The notes under the pieces were generated by a model. The model was given only the letters and a program-made list of their open reading frames with translations, searched no databases and was not told where the DNA came from. A program made the translations under genes and the position numbers. A stretch of 64,000 nt of DNA. Origin: Bilabrum cf. latius (lineage: Eukaryota). Shown one piece after another: positions 23,698 to 38,600 of this stretch (position 1 is its first letter; the number at the start of each line of letters is the position of its first letter). The stretch lies in NCBI GenBank assembly GCA_965178125.1, contig OZ237752.1:744001-808000 (forward strand), written 5' to 3'.

Positions 23698-26600
23698 ATG
23701 GAGAGAGCTTTCTTCCGCGGATTCGTCCGCATCATTGCAGCGGTTCTCACGTGCATTTGCTTTGCCCAGCATAGCTTTGCCGTGTGGCCTGATTTTATTG
23801 ATCTGCGTCAAGTGAACACGAGGGCTGAATCTGGTGAGCACCCACTCGACCATTGTTGGTAGACGGCGATTCGACATGCATCAGTCTCTATTCATGCTAT
23901 CAATATACAACTATGGAGCGCATGAATCATCCATTGTCCATGTTAATCATAGCTTTGGGCAATTAAGTTTGTTGAAGCGCCTGAATTTGTCAACTTGCCA
24001 ACCTCCAGTTAGCCTCCGCAGGTGCGGTGTATCTTTGGCCCACGGCTTCCAAGCACAGGACGGGGTTGGATGCCCCTGAAACTCCAGACTGGGCCCCTTA
24101 GCCGGTAACATCGATCCCAAATGCCGGCGCCTCAGCGACTTCTGCTCAACGCCTGGTGGTTCCGCCCGCAGGTGACGTCAACTCGAGGAGCAGGTTTGCA
24201 CTCGTTGTGGGTGGCAACTACAGCACAAGCATGGCAAGCAAGGCCGACAGGGAAGCCTTTTACATTTTTGATCCCGCCAGTGAGCCCTGCTACTTGCCTG
24301 AGCCCACGACAAGACCAGAAAGATGCAGTCTCACACTCTGCTGCTAGGCCTACTAGATCTAGCATGTTACCACTGGGCCAGTGAACCACCGTGCTACTTC
24401 ATTGATTTGCTTCACTGTGCATTCATCCCGCAGAGACTCAATGGATTGCTCATTACGAGACTGAGGGCCTGTCTGGCGCAGCGTTCATCCGGGATGGGCT
24501 GGTGGAGTCGGCGGGGTGTCAGGGCATCTCGCCTGACGGAAACACCGTGTTTCTGATGCACGGAGGCACGCTACTCCGAGAAAGAATCCCCGTCGTGAAC
24601 GGAAGACCGCCCGTTGAGATCGGAGAACCTCACGACATCACCACCATCCTATAGCTCTCTGGAACTGTATCAAAGCCCCCTTCGCCTTCCTACGTGGACG
24701 GCGTGCCCGACGTGCTGGCAAACCCATCCAGCTTGCAGAGGCTTACACCCACGCTAGAGGTTGCATTTCCTTACAACGAAACGCGAGAGTGGTTTGGCAG
24801 AAGGGCGGGCCATGCCATGGTAAGCGTACCAGAGGCAAACACCTGCCTCACCCTGGGAGGGTTCACCACGGGTGGCGCCCTCTTTCCGATGGATGTAAGG
24901 CAGTACGACTTCGGGGTCCTGCTTGGCGATGCAAATGATCAGTACGGGCGCCTCTCGCTGTGGGATCCTGCTCAGTCTGCGCAAGTTAAAGTGCATCCGT
25001 ACTCTGGAACAGTAGGCGCCAGGAGTAGCCCTGCGGGCTCTTTTCAGCTGCGGGAAGCAGACCTGTCCACTGCGCCGGTGCCTCGAAGATCGATGTGCGC
25101 TGTGTACGCGCGGCGGGAGCAGGCTGTCATTGTGTTTGGTGGCGTGGGTTCAAACCCCAGCGGGAGTACGGTGGGTCGTAACGGAACTTTGCTTGCAGAC
25201 GCATGGCGTTTGCAAGTCCTGAATGGCACGGGCACTCGTATATAGCCGGCTGCGGCGATGCTGTGGGAGTCTGTGCTGCCGGAAGAATCGCCCTCTGCCG
25301 GACTGTACAGCCACAGAACTAGGCAAGAGGGTCCAGTCACTAGCGGTCCCCTGCATGCATCCGAGTAGGGCGGTTTTGTGTTCCAGAGACCGCCGCCGCT
25401 TTCCGGAATGGCGTGCGCATACGACGAGGACCTGAATCGCATCGTTGTGACTGGTGGGCTCACATGTTCAGATGAAGCGATCAACTAGTTTCCTCCCACG
25501 ACAACGGCAGCCAGACTGGAGGGTGCGTACTGCAACGCTGAGAAGGCCGTGCATGAAAACAGGGCAATCTACTTTCTTGAGCTGGGCTGGCATGACATGG
25601 ATGTGCCGGGTGGTGTTGGTCGCCCTAGGGTAGTTCCAGACGAAGAGTATTGGCAGCGCTGGGAAGCTGCGGGTGGAGTCCCACACTGGTGGAAAATGCC
25701 TTTCGCTGATGTTAATGCTAGTGTCCCCGGCACCAGCCCGCTGGCCCTCCGTGGCGGCTCCTTCAGTCTGATCCCTTTCAGGCCTCAGCGTGAGATGATG
25801 GTGGTGCAGAATACAGTAGTTTGGGAGCGCGATGCAGCGCTGGAGTCCGCTGCAGGAAGCGATGGTGTGACGGCAGCGGACTGGCCCGCGACTGGGTAGG
25901 TGATCCCCCACCATTACCTGTCGATGGACTATGGCCGGCTGGTGTTTCCTGAGACCCGCTGGCTGCTGCAGCCATATCTTATGCCTGGGATCCTCATGTC
26001 TGGAGGCCTCACTGAGACTTATTACGAGATGTATCCCGTGACTGCAACTGACTATAACCTTGGAGCGTCTAGCGGCTCTTCGTCTGCCTCGCTGCAGATC
26101 GTTGGCACTGGGGTCGCCCTGGCGCAGCTATCCGATACAGGCGTTGACGACAACAGGGCAGATTTTGTCGGTGGAGGCAGCCTGAGGTTTGTGCCATCTG
26201 CTGAAATAGCAAGCCTTGATACGCCTGGTGCTGTTACCCCCTTTGCGAGAGATATAATCAACGGCAAGCAGAATTCCGACGTGTCGCCGTGGTTCGGCCA
26301 CCTGCAGTGGACTTCGCCGGTGGTGGACATTTGGGACAGAAATAGCGCCGTGGAAAAGTATCTCGGCGGGACGGACTACTTTGATGTAAGCCTCAAGAAC
26401 AGTATCTCAAATACCGTCGACACGGCAGTGGTTAGGTTCTCCATGGGTGGCGAATGCATGGCCGCGGAGCCAGGCACTTGCATCCCTTCTGCGAGGACAT
26501 TCTACGGGGACGAGGACGTGTATGCAGCCGTGTGTCATGGGCCTGGCAACAATGGAATCGGACAGTTTGGAGAAGCTGGCAAGTCATTCTGCTCTCCTGC

Positions 26601-29600
26601 GGTTGACGATGTATGTGCTATGCTAGACAAGGCGTTGCCGAGCAGCTGGAATGCCTCCAGGCTGTGCCCCGCGCCACACACTCGTTGCGTGTCGGCATCG
26701 ACCCTCGGTAGATAGTTTTCAGCATCGGATTGGATGTTAGTTTTCAATGTTTCAGGGGTGGGTTCTTTACCCTCTGGTGTGCTCGCTGAGCCGACTGCGA
26801 GCGCGGGCTACATGTGCCAATGCATGCCCTATGCGCAGTCTATGCCAGGTGCAGTGTGGAATCAAAGCGCGCCTGTCAATGACAAGTACAGGCATGTGGC
26901 CCGCCCTGTTTCGCACGTACCTATGCCTGTTTGCGTGCAGAGAAGCGATACTCTGCCGGTCCCTGTCTTGGACGCACTAGGCAGTGGGCTGTTGCAATGG
27001 CCTGGTGATGCTAGTGTTGAGCCAGCGACGCCAGGCGAGTCCATTGCGGCAACTCTTGGCATGGGGCAACAACAAGTGCTCATCGCATCGTCAAGCTCTG
27101 TGTATGTCAAGATTTTGCCATTGAACAGCAGCGACACTCGCGCGAAGTTCAAACCTTCATGGGAGCCTGTAGAGTCTGATGCTGAGTCCAGTCGGGTGTA
27201 TTGCGCACTCGTAAATGCCACTGCGGAGGCTCATCTGAGGCGAGGCCTCTGGACCGCCTGGCCGACGGACCCGCTGCTTGATCTCCCGCCATTTGCGGAT
27301 TCCCTCGAAGATGCCGCGTTTTCAAGCGCCGAATTAGGTTTGCCTGCAGTGTTGATGGCGCCCTGCTACGGAGTTGGCGTCTCTAGCAGCGATGAGCCAG
27401 AGATACAAGTTTCGGGCGAGCATGTGTAGATGCTGGTTGCTCGAAGGGTTCCGCTATCTGGGGGCAACCAGCGAGTCGCTGCGTCCGCGGTGGTGGGTGT
27501 GTCGGTAGACGCTAGATTCGGCACGTTTTCCTAGCATTTGCACTGCAACCAGCCATCGTGCACAACACTGTACGCGCGTCGAAGTGAATCTATTCGGTTT
27601 GATTTTCTCCCAGGCGTGCGACACCCATCAGGAACTGGAAAGGCTCTCCCTTCCTTTGATTTCATGCAGGTGCGATGCGCTGTGCGAGGTCTCGAGTCGC
27701 AAACTGCCAGCTAGATCGCTCTCTCGCTGCCAGAGCCCAGTGATGAGGCATTTGATTCGACATTTAAGTACCAGTGCGACGGCATGCCGCGGGCGCAAAG
27801 CCTTTTGCCCACAGACTCGAGCGGGGTGGCTGGAACTGGTCCCGATCACGTGATTTAGTTCAATACCGCTCAGGAATACGGAGTATTTGCACGGTCAGTG
27901 CCAGTGGATGGCGCGAGGTACTACATCCCAGACTAGCTCCTTCCGGGAGCATCTGAAGGCGGCATGTTAACTTGGAGAGTCGTGGCGGTGCAAGCGGGAT
28001 CTGAGCCGCCTCAGCTACCCGCACCACTCGCCTCTGTCAAGTTGGTGGGCTGGGGCACCACTTAGAGTATCGGTGTGAATAATACCATCGAGACGGAACA
28101 CGTTCTGAACCGGACCCTTGAGGTCCTTCCAGTGGAGCTCACCACACGGTTCATCGGCTCTGGGCCAGCGGCTCCCGTGCCTGGCAACCTGTTCTATGCT
28201 ACTTCTGAGGCGGCAGCGATGTCTGTCGTCGGAGAGAATAGGCCGATTGTGTCAGAGCAAGAGACATCGCTGCTGTGCCTTGCTCGTTACTACCCTGCAG
28301 ATATGGCGTTTGCGGAAGCTTAGAACACGGACTGGATTGAACGCGCCGGCGTTCCTAAGCTCAATCTATCCGCCCTAGTTTCTGGCGCTGCAACGGTCGA
28401 TCAGCTCGTTCCGATGATCCAGGACCTTTCCTCAGAGGGAGTTGAATCGCTGAGCGATGAGTTTGGTACGGTGGACAGTAGCAATGCATTCCGGTGTGGG
28501 TCGCCACGACTGAAGGGGGACAGCTCTGGCGGGGTTTACCTTGACCTTGTACGCCTAGCAGCATCCATAGCAGCTAGACAGAAAGCAGCGGATGCAGGTG
28601 CTAACTTGGACCAGGTCAGCAGGGAGATACTCCGAAATGCGGGACCCGTGAATGGTGCATTAATCCGACGCATCTATCAAGACCGTATGCGGGATGCAAA
28701 CCGCGAGTACGGACGGTTTGAAACGATGCCGATTGTGGACGACTCTGCAGATGAGGTGTCCTCTGGCCGGTTGGACGACGTTGATTCTGGGGACCTCCTA
28801 TCTCCGGGACTATGGGTGCTGCGACTTGGCACGCAGTCAGATTCTGCGACTGCGAGCCCACCAACGTTCAGCCAGCAAGCGTTAGCATTGCTAGTGTATG
28901 CCCGCCTTCCAGTGCCAGTCCTCGCTGAACCGACGAATCTGTCTCAAGCGTGGAATCGCGGGCGGCATCCTCGCGTGCCCGGTGCAAATCTCACGACACC
29001 GAACGGTGGGCCGATCTCAAGTTCGGAAAATTCCCATCTTGGTGATGTCGGACTGGTAGTCGGCGTGGATGCGCCTGGGCTGGGCCCTGCCACTGTCAGT
29101 TCCCCGGGCGGTTCTGAAAGCAATCTGGAAGTCTACGCGCCCACATCGCGTCATGGTGTATCGGTGCCGTTTGCGGTTGAGCCTTCGGCCTTTGAACTGA
29201 TGGAAAGGTTCTAGAGCGGTCCTGGCAGGCCAGAGCCTGCAATTGAGTACTATTGCACGCTGGACGGAAGCATCCCTCAGCGACCTCCTATGTTTGCAGG
29301 CCGAAGCCGGACAGCAGACGAGGTGGACGGCGGGTGGTATGATACTGCAGTCTATGGTCAGCAGTCGGAAGCTGCAGTCCTGCCTTCCCCTCACCATGCA
29401 ATGTGGGACATAGATGGGGACATGAAGTTGTTGTGGTCGGGTGGGCAGGACGTTTCGGGCACAACGTTGAGGCTGAGCATCAACGGAACAGCGCAAGGAA
29501 TGCCTTCAGATACGTGGCTAACGACAGGAAGCGGCGTTCAATCCCACTGGCAGTCGCCACAGTCGTACAAGGACCAGGTATCTCGCTACCTCGCGTTATC

Positions 29601-32600
29601 AGGGCGAGGCGTCGCCACTGCCAACTCTACGTGGGCCATGTATTTCACCGTCCCGACAGGAGGTTCGCCCTAGTCGGCTCCGCAGTACTCCCCAACCTTG
29701 GTGCAGACTCGAGCGTTCGGTGCTGCGAGCCCCAGCTCTGAAGATCCTGTATTCTCTGCCGCTGCGCGGAGGATAGATGAGCGCGCTGACGGTGAGGGAG
29801 ACACCAGGCGCCAAATGTTCGAGGCATCGCGATCGACGAGGGGCAGCTTTTACTGCGGGTCATCTGTAGACGCTGCGAAGGCCTGGTCCGCAGCGAGGAT
29901 AGCCGGCGCTGGAACCCCCATGGTTCTCACGATTGTGGCATTCCCTGCCGGAGACAGGAGCCTAGTGGTGCATGGGTCCCCACCCCTGACCGTGAGCATC
30001 TTTATGCGGCCAAGGCTTCCATCTGTATCCCGATTTGCTATTCAGGGCGGATAGCTCCGGAGCTTTATGACGTGCACGGATGCACCTGAACTAGCCTCAT
30101 CAAAGGCTCGACTTTCACAACGGCGAGTCGCGAGTAGCTCGCAGTTCTGCGCAGCACCCTCTCTGCACGTTCCGTAGACTGAACTAGGCAAAGTGGATGG
30201 AATGGAGTTTAAGCCGGGGATGCGCACGTAGTACCTGCCTTTGCCACTGACGGCCTTGACTCTCTTTCGTGCAAGCGGAAGCTTGGACGCACCTGAGACA
30301 CCAGAATTCGGTGCGAATGGCTTGAGCGTGTTCGACCGGTTTCTTGGCAGCAGTAACTTTTCTGCAACGCAGCCACTGCCTTGCGCGATCGACGGCGGCT
30401 AGCTGCCTCCACTGGTGGAGCAGCTTGTGTTCTTTGCTGAGCAGCAAGCACAGCAGGAAAGCATGCCATATGGTGTTCTCCGTGATCCCAACAGTGATGC
30501 TGTCGTTTCGCACGAACCTATCCTTCAGTACAGCAGGGGATACGTACAGCTGCCGGGCGTTTCCAATGCTACTATGCATGGATGCTCCTAGTCGTAGCTG
30601 AACTCTTGGAGGGTGGCCGGTCCCGCTGTCCGCCGCGAAGAGTCAACTCTGCCGACTGCTGGCACCTATGTTGGCCCCGGCACCGGCATGTGGGGGTCCG
30701 AAGTGTCAGCACCTGACTTGCACGCGTCAATTGCCCCTTTATGTCCCCCAGTTATCGAGGTGGTCGGCGGACAGCATTCACCCATGGACGGGCAGTCGCA
30801 GCCGTACTTTCGCACGCTGCCAGGCGATGTGACGATGTCTACTGCCGAGTTGAGCTCGGCCATCAACGACATGCACGACATGCCCAGGGCATTGGTTTCA
30901 TCAAGCAGCGGCATGTCGGTTATATTTAGCTCCGTTTTAGACCTCCAGGAGGCCAACAACAGGTATCCACCCCTTAGGCATGCGATGGAGGTCCCCGTGT
31001 TTGGACCCGAACGGCTGGCGAGAGCGCGGGCCAAGCCGGCTGGCGCAGAGCCGCTGTACTTGGAGGATCTCGAGGAGAGTCCTTCGTCCAGCGTCTATGA
31101 CCTGAAAGCTGGGTAGCTGGGAAGTGCCGTCTGCCGAAACGTGGATGCAATTTCGACCCCGTTCCGCCGTAGCTCTAGTTGCAACCTACTTATGTCAGGA
31201 GTTCAGATCAGCGAGATGGTACGCGTTGGACACTGGATCTTCGCATCTGCATCGGTTGAAAACGATGGGAATGGCCACGAGCTATACTATGCAAAAGAAG
31301 GAGAGTCGTCGTTTTCACTTGCGTGGGACGTGGATGACGCGTCGACGTCGTCCGTTCCGACGGAGCTGACCGTGGTAGAGGGCGTGCACGGCTCTGCGCG
31401 CATGCATGCCGTATGCTTTAGGGCATACAACTCCGAGACTCAGTATCGAGGCTAGGGCATTCGAGTCGAGCATGCCGACGTGTCAGTGTACTGTGCGCTT
31501 GTGAGCGATCCTACTGGGGCCACGCCGAACTTGAAGTTTGCGAGGTACGCCTCTAGCTCGGAGGCCGCAACAGGAAACTACGTGCCCCATGACCTTATCG
31601 CAGTAGGTCCAAATCTTGTATTCGTCATGTCGTCGAGGGAAGATGACACGCCTTTGGAGGCTAGAAACGCAAGAAACCTGCTGCGCGATGGCGTAAACTC
31701 GGTTTACCGGCTGCACATTGCATCAGTGTTGGACATTCCGAGCTCTGCAAACACAAATAGAAAGGTCGAGCTCCGGGTACCTACTCTCATTAGGCAAACT
31801 ACCAGCAATGGGTTGCCATTCTTGCTTCCTGTCCTTCCAACCGACACCACGCACGAGAAGGCATCTGTCGTGCAGCGTTCCCGGGACGAGTTTGTGTTCC
31901 AGTTTGTTGAGCATGCGTGGCAGGCAGACCGTTTGCTAGCCTCGACAACATCCATTGTCACAGGCACTGATCCGTGGGGAAAGAAGATGGACGAAGGGAC
32001 TGGCATGGGCGGCGGCCTCGTTTTCACTGGCCTCGTTGACCATTCAACGGACGGGTCAACGCTCGTCCGGCCTGCTTTGCTGTTTTGGACGGGTGAACTC
32101 AGCCTTGAGCCAGACGCCACTCTGTAGGCAGAGTCACCATGGAAGGCATCAAGGTCCCAGCTGGCACATCTTGGTAGCAGCAGCATTTAGATCCTCGTGT
32201 ACATTGACGACGTACTTGCGCAGCAGAACAGCTAGCTTGCGCAGAAGAGCAGGAACAATGCGCCGTGGGTGGCCCAGTCTGTACCGAGGTTCTACTCTGC
32301 CCAAAGCGTGGCAGATGACAGCGCCAAGCTGACCGCAACCCTGCCGCAGGTGTTGGAGTTTCCGTACCTGGTGCAGGACGGAGAGGTTTACTACCTTCAA
32401 GCTGAGTCACTAGACCGATCCTTGGGTCATGTGGGCGATACGGGCTCGATGTCTGCGGATACGTCAAAGGCACAGGAGCGTCTACGACCGGGCCGCAGCT
32501 GGCGACCTTCTCGGCTGCTTGCGTCCAAGCCCAGCCGTCTGCTGACTGCGCCGTTTGGCATTGTATCAAGGTTCACGGCAATCCCAATAACAGGGGGAGT

Positions 32601-35600
32601 ATTTAGTGCAGATTCTGAGGGGGTGCAATTGAGGGAGTCGACTGAGGTGTCTTGGCTCCTGGTCGTTAACGACAGAGTCATGTTTGATGGAGCGCGACAC
32701 CCGAGCTGCCCGCCAAGCAAACAACTTGATGGACAGCCACAGAGAGCAATATTTATTCGATTGCATGGCGTCCACAGCTCTACAACATGTATTGGAGCTC
32801 CACCGGTGGGAACTCAGTTGCGATTGGACCGATCTCACAGGCCTGTTGTGTCAAGAACGGCAAACGGCGACACTGTGCTCTCGGCGGTCATGTGGTCGCG
32901 AGCCCCTCGTGGGAGCTTGCCGGAGGTATATTGGCCGATCTACTTCAAGAACGTCTCACGGTCTGTATCGCGGAGTTCATCTCGATTACCTCAGGTGCCA
33001 ATGCCGCCCGGCGCAGCAGAAATCGCACAACCTGCAGAGTCCGGCAACGTCTTGGTGCACTTCGACTTCAGCTGCAGCGGGCACCGGGCTGCGCTAAGGC
33101 AACTCACGCCTGGTAGTGGTCACTCATTTGCGCCTGCATCAGCACCGAAGACGGATGCGATCGGTCGGCAATTAGCTAGCTTGACCCTGCCGCATGATCA
33201 GCTCAAGGCTTCAGCCAACATAGCGCAGGACCCCACACAGACTGAGCCCCTGACGCTGCCTGCAGACGATTCGCTGCAAGCAACGTGGCCAGCCCTGCCC
33301 CAAGGCGCGCTGCTCCCTGATCATCCGATCCGAAGGGCGAACGCCAGTACGTTCTAGACCGTGTGGGACGGTATTGTCGCCGGCTCACGCGGACTCATAC
33401 GGTCTAGCATCATAGATGGCCGTATTTCGGCGAACATCGTTAAGTCTGCGATCGTGGCCACATACTCGCAAGGAACAGGAGACATCACGCTAAGCCAGAT
33501 CATTGTGCAGAACATTCAAATCTTGGGTACATCGCCCTCTATCCCTGTTGATGTAGAGCAGCAGGTAAGCTTGCAGCTGCCTCCCATTCGGGCGATCCTG
33601 CCCATGGAACCTATGTTTGCAAACATTTTGAGGCGAGGCACAAACAAGTTCATAATTCCGGTGCCCAGGATTCATGCTGACGACATTGACATCTTTGGCT
33701 TGCCTCAGGACGCACTCAAGGTTCACGCACAGGTAGAGTCGACCGCATTCGATGACATGTCGCCTAGTGCTTTGACTGCACTCAGAGCACCAGTGGTTGT
33801 GGACAAGGCTCGTATGCAACTGACTGCTGGCAGCATCTCAGATCCTGGTGCACTTGTTTCTGGCCCGCCGTGCACAGAGGGCACTGCTGGCAGCACCCAC
33901 GATTGTGGCTGCGAGAGTGTCGAGGGCACCACGTTGGCCAATTTGCTCGATGGCGTATCACGCGGGTACAAGGACACGCTTGTGCAAGACCCAGACCAGC
34001 TAGTCGCGCTATTAGACACAATTCGAAACGAATCATCGTATGCCTTGCTGTGCGACATGCCAGGCGGTTCAACGGTCCGGATCTCAGTCGCATTGTCCAC
34101 CGATGCGAACGATCTGGCCGGCACAGCGATATCCACCTCCGCGGCCGACATTTCCAACTACGTTGACAATGAGCTCCAGCTAGTATCGGGAGTTATCGGG
34201 CCACCAGGCGGACAGCCAGTGTCAGCTGTGGTATCGTAGCAATTTACTGCCTTGGAGTCGCTGAATCGCAGGCCTCCGCTTCGCTTGGTCCGTCGGAACG
34301 ATTGGAACCAAGCCTCAGATTCCGTTCAGCTTCTTCCGGCGGCACAGCGTGCTTCAATTGTTCGAAGAGGCTCGTTGTTTATGGCTGATCTGGACGCAAT
34401 TAGGCTGGAAAGCTCAGCCATAGGACAGCCAGTGCCATCGGCCAGCTAGCAGCCGAACGGGTTTACAGCAGTAGCATCCTGTGCCATTGTAAGCGATGTG
34501 ATCGGCTTCAATCGCAGCAGCGAGCGCCCTAGCGTGCGCTCCCTTGCCACGCATGCTGCGATACAAGAAGGCGACTTTAAGTTCTTCCCGTGTGGCGTAG
34601 ACGCAGTGCTGCGGTAGGACGGCTCGCAGAGGGTACTAGCAGCTTTGCAGCACGTGAACTTGAGCACGAGATACCACCCACACCTGAGGGACGGTGATGA
34701 ACTACTTTCTGCGTTAAATCGAAGTATTTCACTGCCTGTCGTGAACTCTTCGGATGTTCTCGTTGCTGTTGCATCAAGTGTTGACTTCGACGCGACCGGC
34801 AGGCGGCTGCTCGATGCAAGCCTTGCATCGAAGCGAGCGCTTGCATGGTCGCAGGCCCATTTTGCTGGATATGTCTTCAACCGAAAAAATGACCAGGATT
34901 AGCTTGGGCTATACGAAGGGAAAGTACTGCTTGGTGGCCTTTTGACCGAGGTAGGCAACCTGACAATGTTTGTGGCTGTGGATCCTGACATTCGTACAGG
35001 CACGGCTCGGACACTCTTTGAGCACCATATCGTGACCCAGGGGCACCTTGGGAAGCCTGAAATGAGAACGTCGATCAGGCAGCATGCGGGAGACCTAGAC
35101 GACATGCAATCAGCTGCTAGTGCGAGCACGGCCGTGCAAATTTCACCTGATCTGGATTTCAGGCTATCGGGGAGCTCAATGTTCGGTGCGGTGTCGAGTG
35201 TAGCATGGCGCCAGACCTTGGGGTCTGTGGCAAGCTCAGTGGAGCAGGCAGTCGGGACCACAGGGCACATCGAGACGCTTGGGCACTGGAACGCGTCAAT
35301 CTGTACTTCAAGGGCGAAAGAATCAGCCTCTGCTATCACATCTGCAATCACTGCCCGTGGCAGCGTCGAGGTATTGTCCAATTTCGGCGCATAGCTAGGC
35401 AGCTAGATCCATCCAAAGATCCAAACTGCGATGGATCAAAGCGCCAAGCGGTTCCTCAATACCACTGGGACGTCTGTACATGGCTTGGCGCGACTTTATT
35501 TGGGGCCAACAATCGCTAGAAATGGCAACATTGCTGATGCAGTTTGCGAAGTCGGATCGACAGCAGCAGGCTACGTGGAGCCGCAGAGTCGCGTATCCTC

Positions 35601-38600
35601 GCAGCAGCTGGAAGTAGTAACTCAATTCTTGTCAATGCGGCACCAGTAGATTCTTGCTGAGCTTGGTGTGGCAGAGGCTACTAATGCAACGATGGGTCAG
35701 GCAGTTTTGGATGCAGTTGTCCAATTTGATGAGAGGTTCGCACCTAGGGTGTTGCACGCCAGCTGGGACGGTCGATTACCAAGCCGCGCATCCCCAGTGG
35801 TTGGAATTACGGGGCTAGATGATAAGCTGTAGCCGGGTGCTGGGCTCGCGTCGGCATACTGGGATGACACTACCATGCACCCGATCGCATCACGGATGCG
35901 TATGAGCGGGTCGGCATCTTGGCCTCCGCAGTGGTTCTCCACGCATGGTGGCGTTGCCGAGCTGCTTCAGAATACCACCCTTCTTGAAGCCCTCGTGAGT
36001 GGCACCAGCTCTCAAGTAGGTGATGTTTTGTAGAAGTACTTGCACCTAGACGAGCGTCCCCTTCCTGGTTCGTCTCGATTAGGCATTGCTTTCGACGTGG
36101 CTCGGGTGTACACAGTCCACGTTACGGCTTTTGGCGTCTCACTGGAGCAGTCTTGCATGTACGACGAGGACAACGTGCGGTCAATTGCTGGGTGGATGCA
36201 GTCAACGACTAGTTTGGACTGCCTAAGTGAGAACGACGTGTTTCCCACGATTTGGTAGCCTCCTGCCGAGGGCACCTCCCTTCGCTTCGACCCCAAGCTT
36301 CGGATGCTCCAACCGAACGGCACAGTGGATACGTATACGGAGGTTCCCGCAGGTGGGTGGCGAGAGAGCCCGACCACTACCACTAGGTTGGCACTATTCT
36401 CATCCATGCCAGAGCCAGCTGCTGTTGTGAAGCAGTCTCCTCAAAGCAGCGCTAATTGTACCAGCGGACTCACAGTTCGAGTGGCCAGCTTGAACAGAGC
36501 TCGCGAACCTGTGCGTGCATTCAATCTGTCTCTGGCCCGGGATAGAACGGCAAGCGTTACTGGGATTGTGCTAGGCTCTTCTAGCCTTGCTGGCTCGAAA
36601 GGCACAGCGACTCTTGCGTCTCGCACAACGAGGGTAATAGATTTCATGCGAATTGGTTCCAGCAGCCTCGCACAGCGTGCGATCGAAGAGCACGGCTTCC
36701 ACGCTGCAACGTTCGGTAGCTGGACGCCCCCGATAGACGTATCTACTAGCATGGTCGTTGTACTGTGCAGCATTGCCAATGGAGCTCCATCCAGTGCTGT
36801 AAAACCATTCCGATGTGATGATGAACGGCATGCCGACGCGTTGCTGGCTTCCAGGGCGCTTGGGCACAACCAGCGAGCGGGATACTGGGACTCTCCGCGG
36901 AGTTTGTGGAAAGGCATGGTTTGGACGGGCGTCGCCGATACCCTGCTAGGAGTTACAAACCCGCTGCAAGGAGTTGTGGCTGCTGTAGATGCAGGGTGGT
37001 TCGGTACAGGGGCTACGGCGCCCGATTGTACGATCGAGCTGTTGCAGTTGAGCGACGCGCAGCAGCCTGTCCCCAGAGCCTAGTGGATGGATTGTGAGAT
37101 GCAATCCAGGGAACAAATGGCGATGGACGCGCTGCTTCGTGAGAATTGGCCGGAGCATTTGGCTCCGAGGTCGATCGAGGCCCACAAGCTGGACGTCGGC
37201 CTATCTCGGGTTTCGATGCGAACAGCTGTTGTGTGGCCAGTCCCGCTGTCAGTAGCGAGTGCAGGGTACATTGAGTCCCCTTTCAGTAGTCTGAACAGGA
37301 GCCTGGTTCGAAGTGCATTCGAAGATTTATTCAGCACAGAAGTGGCTGAGCTTCACTTTGGCGACTCGGACCCCAATGACTTGGCCATTTCTGTCGAGGC
37401 GATAGTTGACAACCCTCAGTTTCACAGCAGAAATGCTTCGAGCGGATCAGGTTTGTCTATTGCCATCGAACCGGCTGTGGAACTGGTAAATTCATCCTTG
37501 AACTTCCATAATTTCCCCCAATTCTAGATGGATCAGCGTGGATTGCCTAGATCTACAGCCGTTGCGCTGTTGCGCAGTGCTGGCTGGCAAGCTGTGTCGC
37601 GATGCGCGAGCGCCGACCCATCTAATGCGACAGCCAGCTACGACAACGGCCTTCTGGCTACTACTTCGACCCTGCAAGACTGCAGTTTGCAAAGAATTAG
37701 CGCGGGATACGACGCTGGCACTGTGCAGAAACGCATTGCTGCATAGCTCAGGTTGAATCTGAGCTGCATGGTTGAGGTGGACAGGAATGGAAGTGCACCA
37801 ATGACAACAAGCGAGCTAGCTGCTTCTTCTGTTTGTATTACTGGCAATACGAGTCTATCACGACCCCAGGTCCACTCTATTGCAGGGTTCTCCCTGCCCG
37901 GGACTCGTGTTGAGCTTCCGAACCAACTCGCAGTCGAAGCCGAATGCAGCGAGATGGTCACCTTATCGAACGGAGACGGGTTTTCAATGCTTTCATCCGA
38001 CTGTAACTAGCTTCTAAGTGATCCGATAGCGTTGATCAGATCAAATAACTTCAGTGGAGGCGTTCATGGCGCAATTGTGGCTTCATCTGCGTGGAGCCGC
38101 ATTCAACGCTATGCAATGGCTCGGGATTCCGCTCAGGAATCATACTTGCCTCTGGCCATCTCCCCCAGCTACCCAATAGCTGCAACGGTTCTACTGTAGC
38201 CTCTTCGTTCAGTAACTATCAAGCGCCCAGACTCGTTTGAAGGAAAGCTGGTGCTTCCAGTCGAAGTGGAGATATTCCCGCCGAGCGGCAGTGACGGTCA
38301 GGCTGGCGATATGGCAGACTTTGCGAGTGGATAGCGTCCAGGCGGTTGGGATGAATCTGAATGGGAATAGTTGATTGCTTTGGCGGACGCATCGCTTACT
38401 GGAATGCCTTCCATTTCAAAGCCCTTTCCGTATTTAGACCACGGTGCCCAGCCGGCTGTGTAGGTGCGGTGTACGATGGACGGCAGCCCGCCCACCCCAA
38501 TCAGCCCAGTATGCGGCACGTACGATATGTCTCGAGAAGATTCTAGAGGGCAAGTTCCGTAGGTTTGGCAAATAACAAGAGAAATAGCGAACCAGTTCGG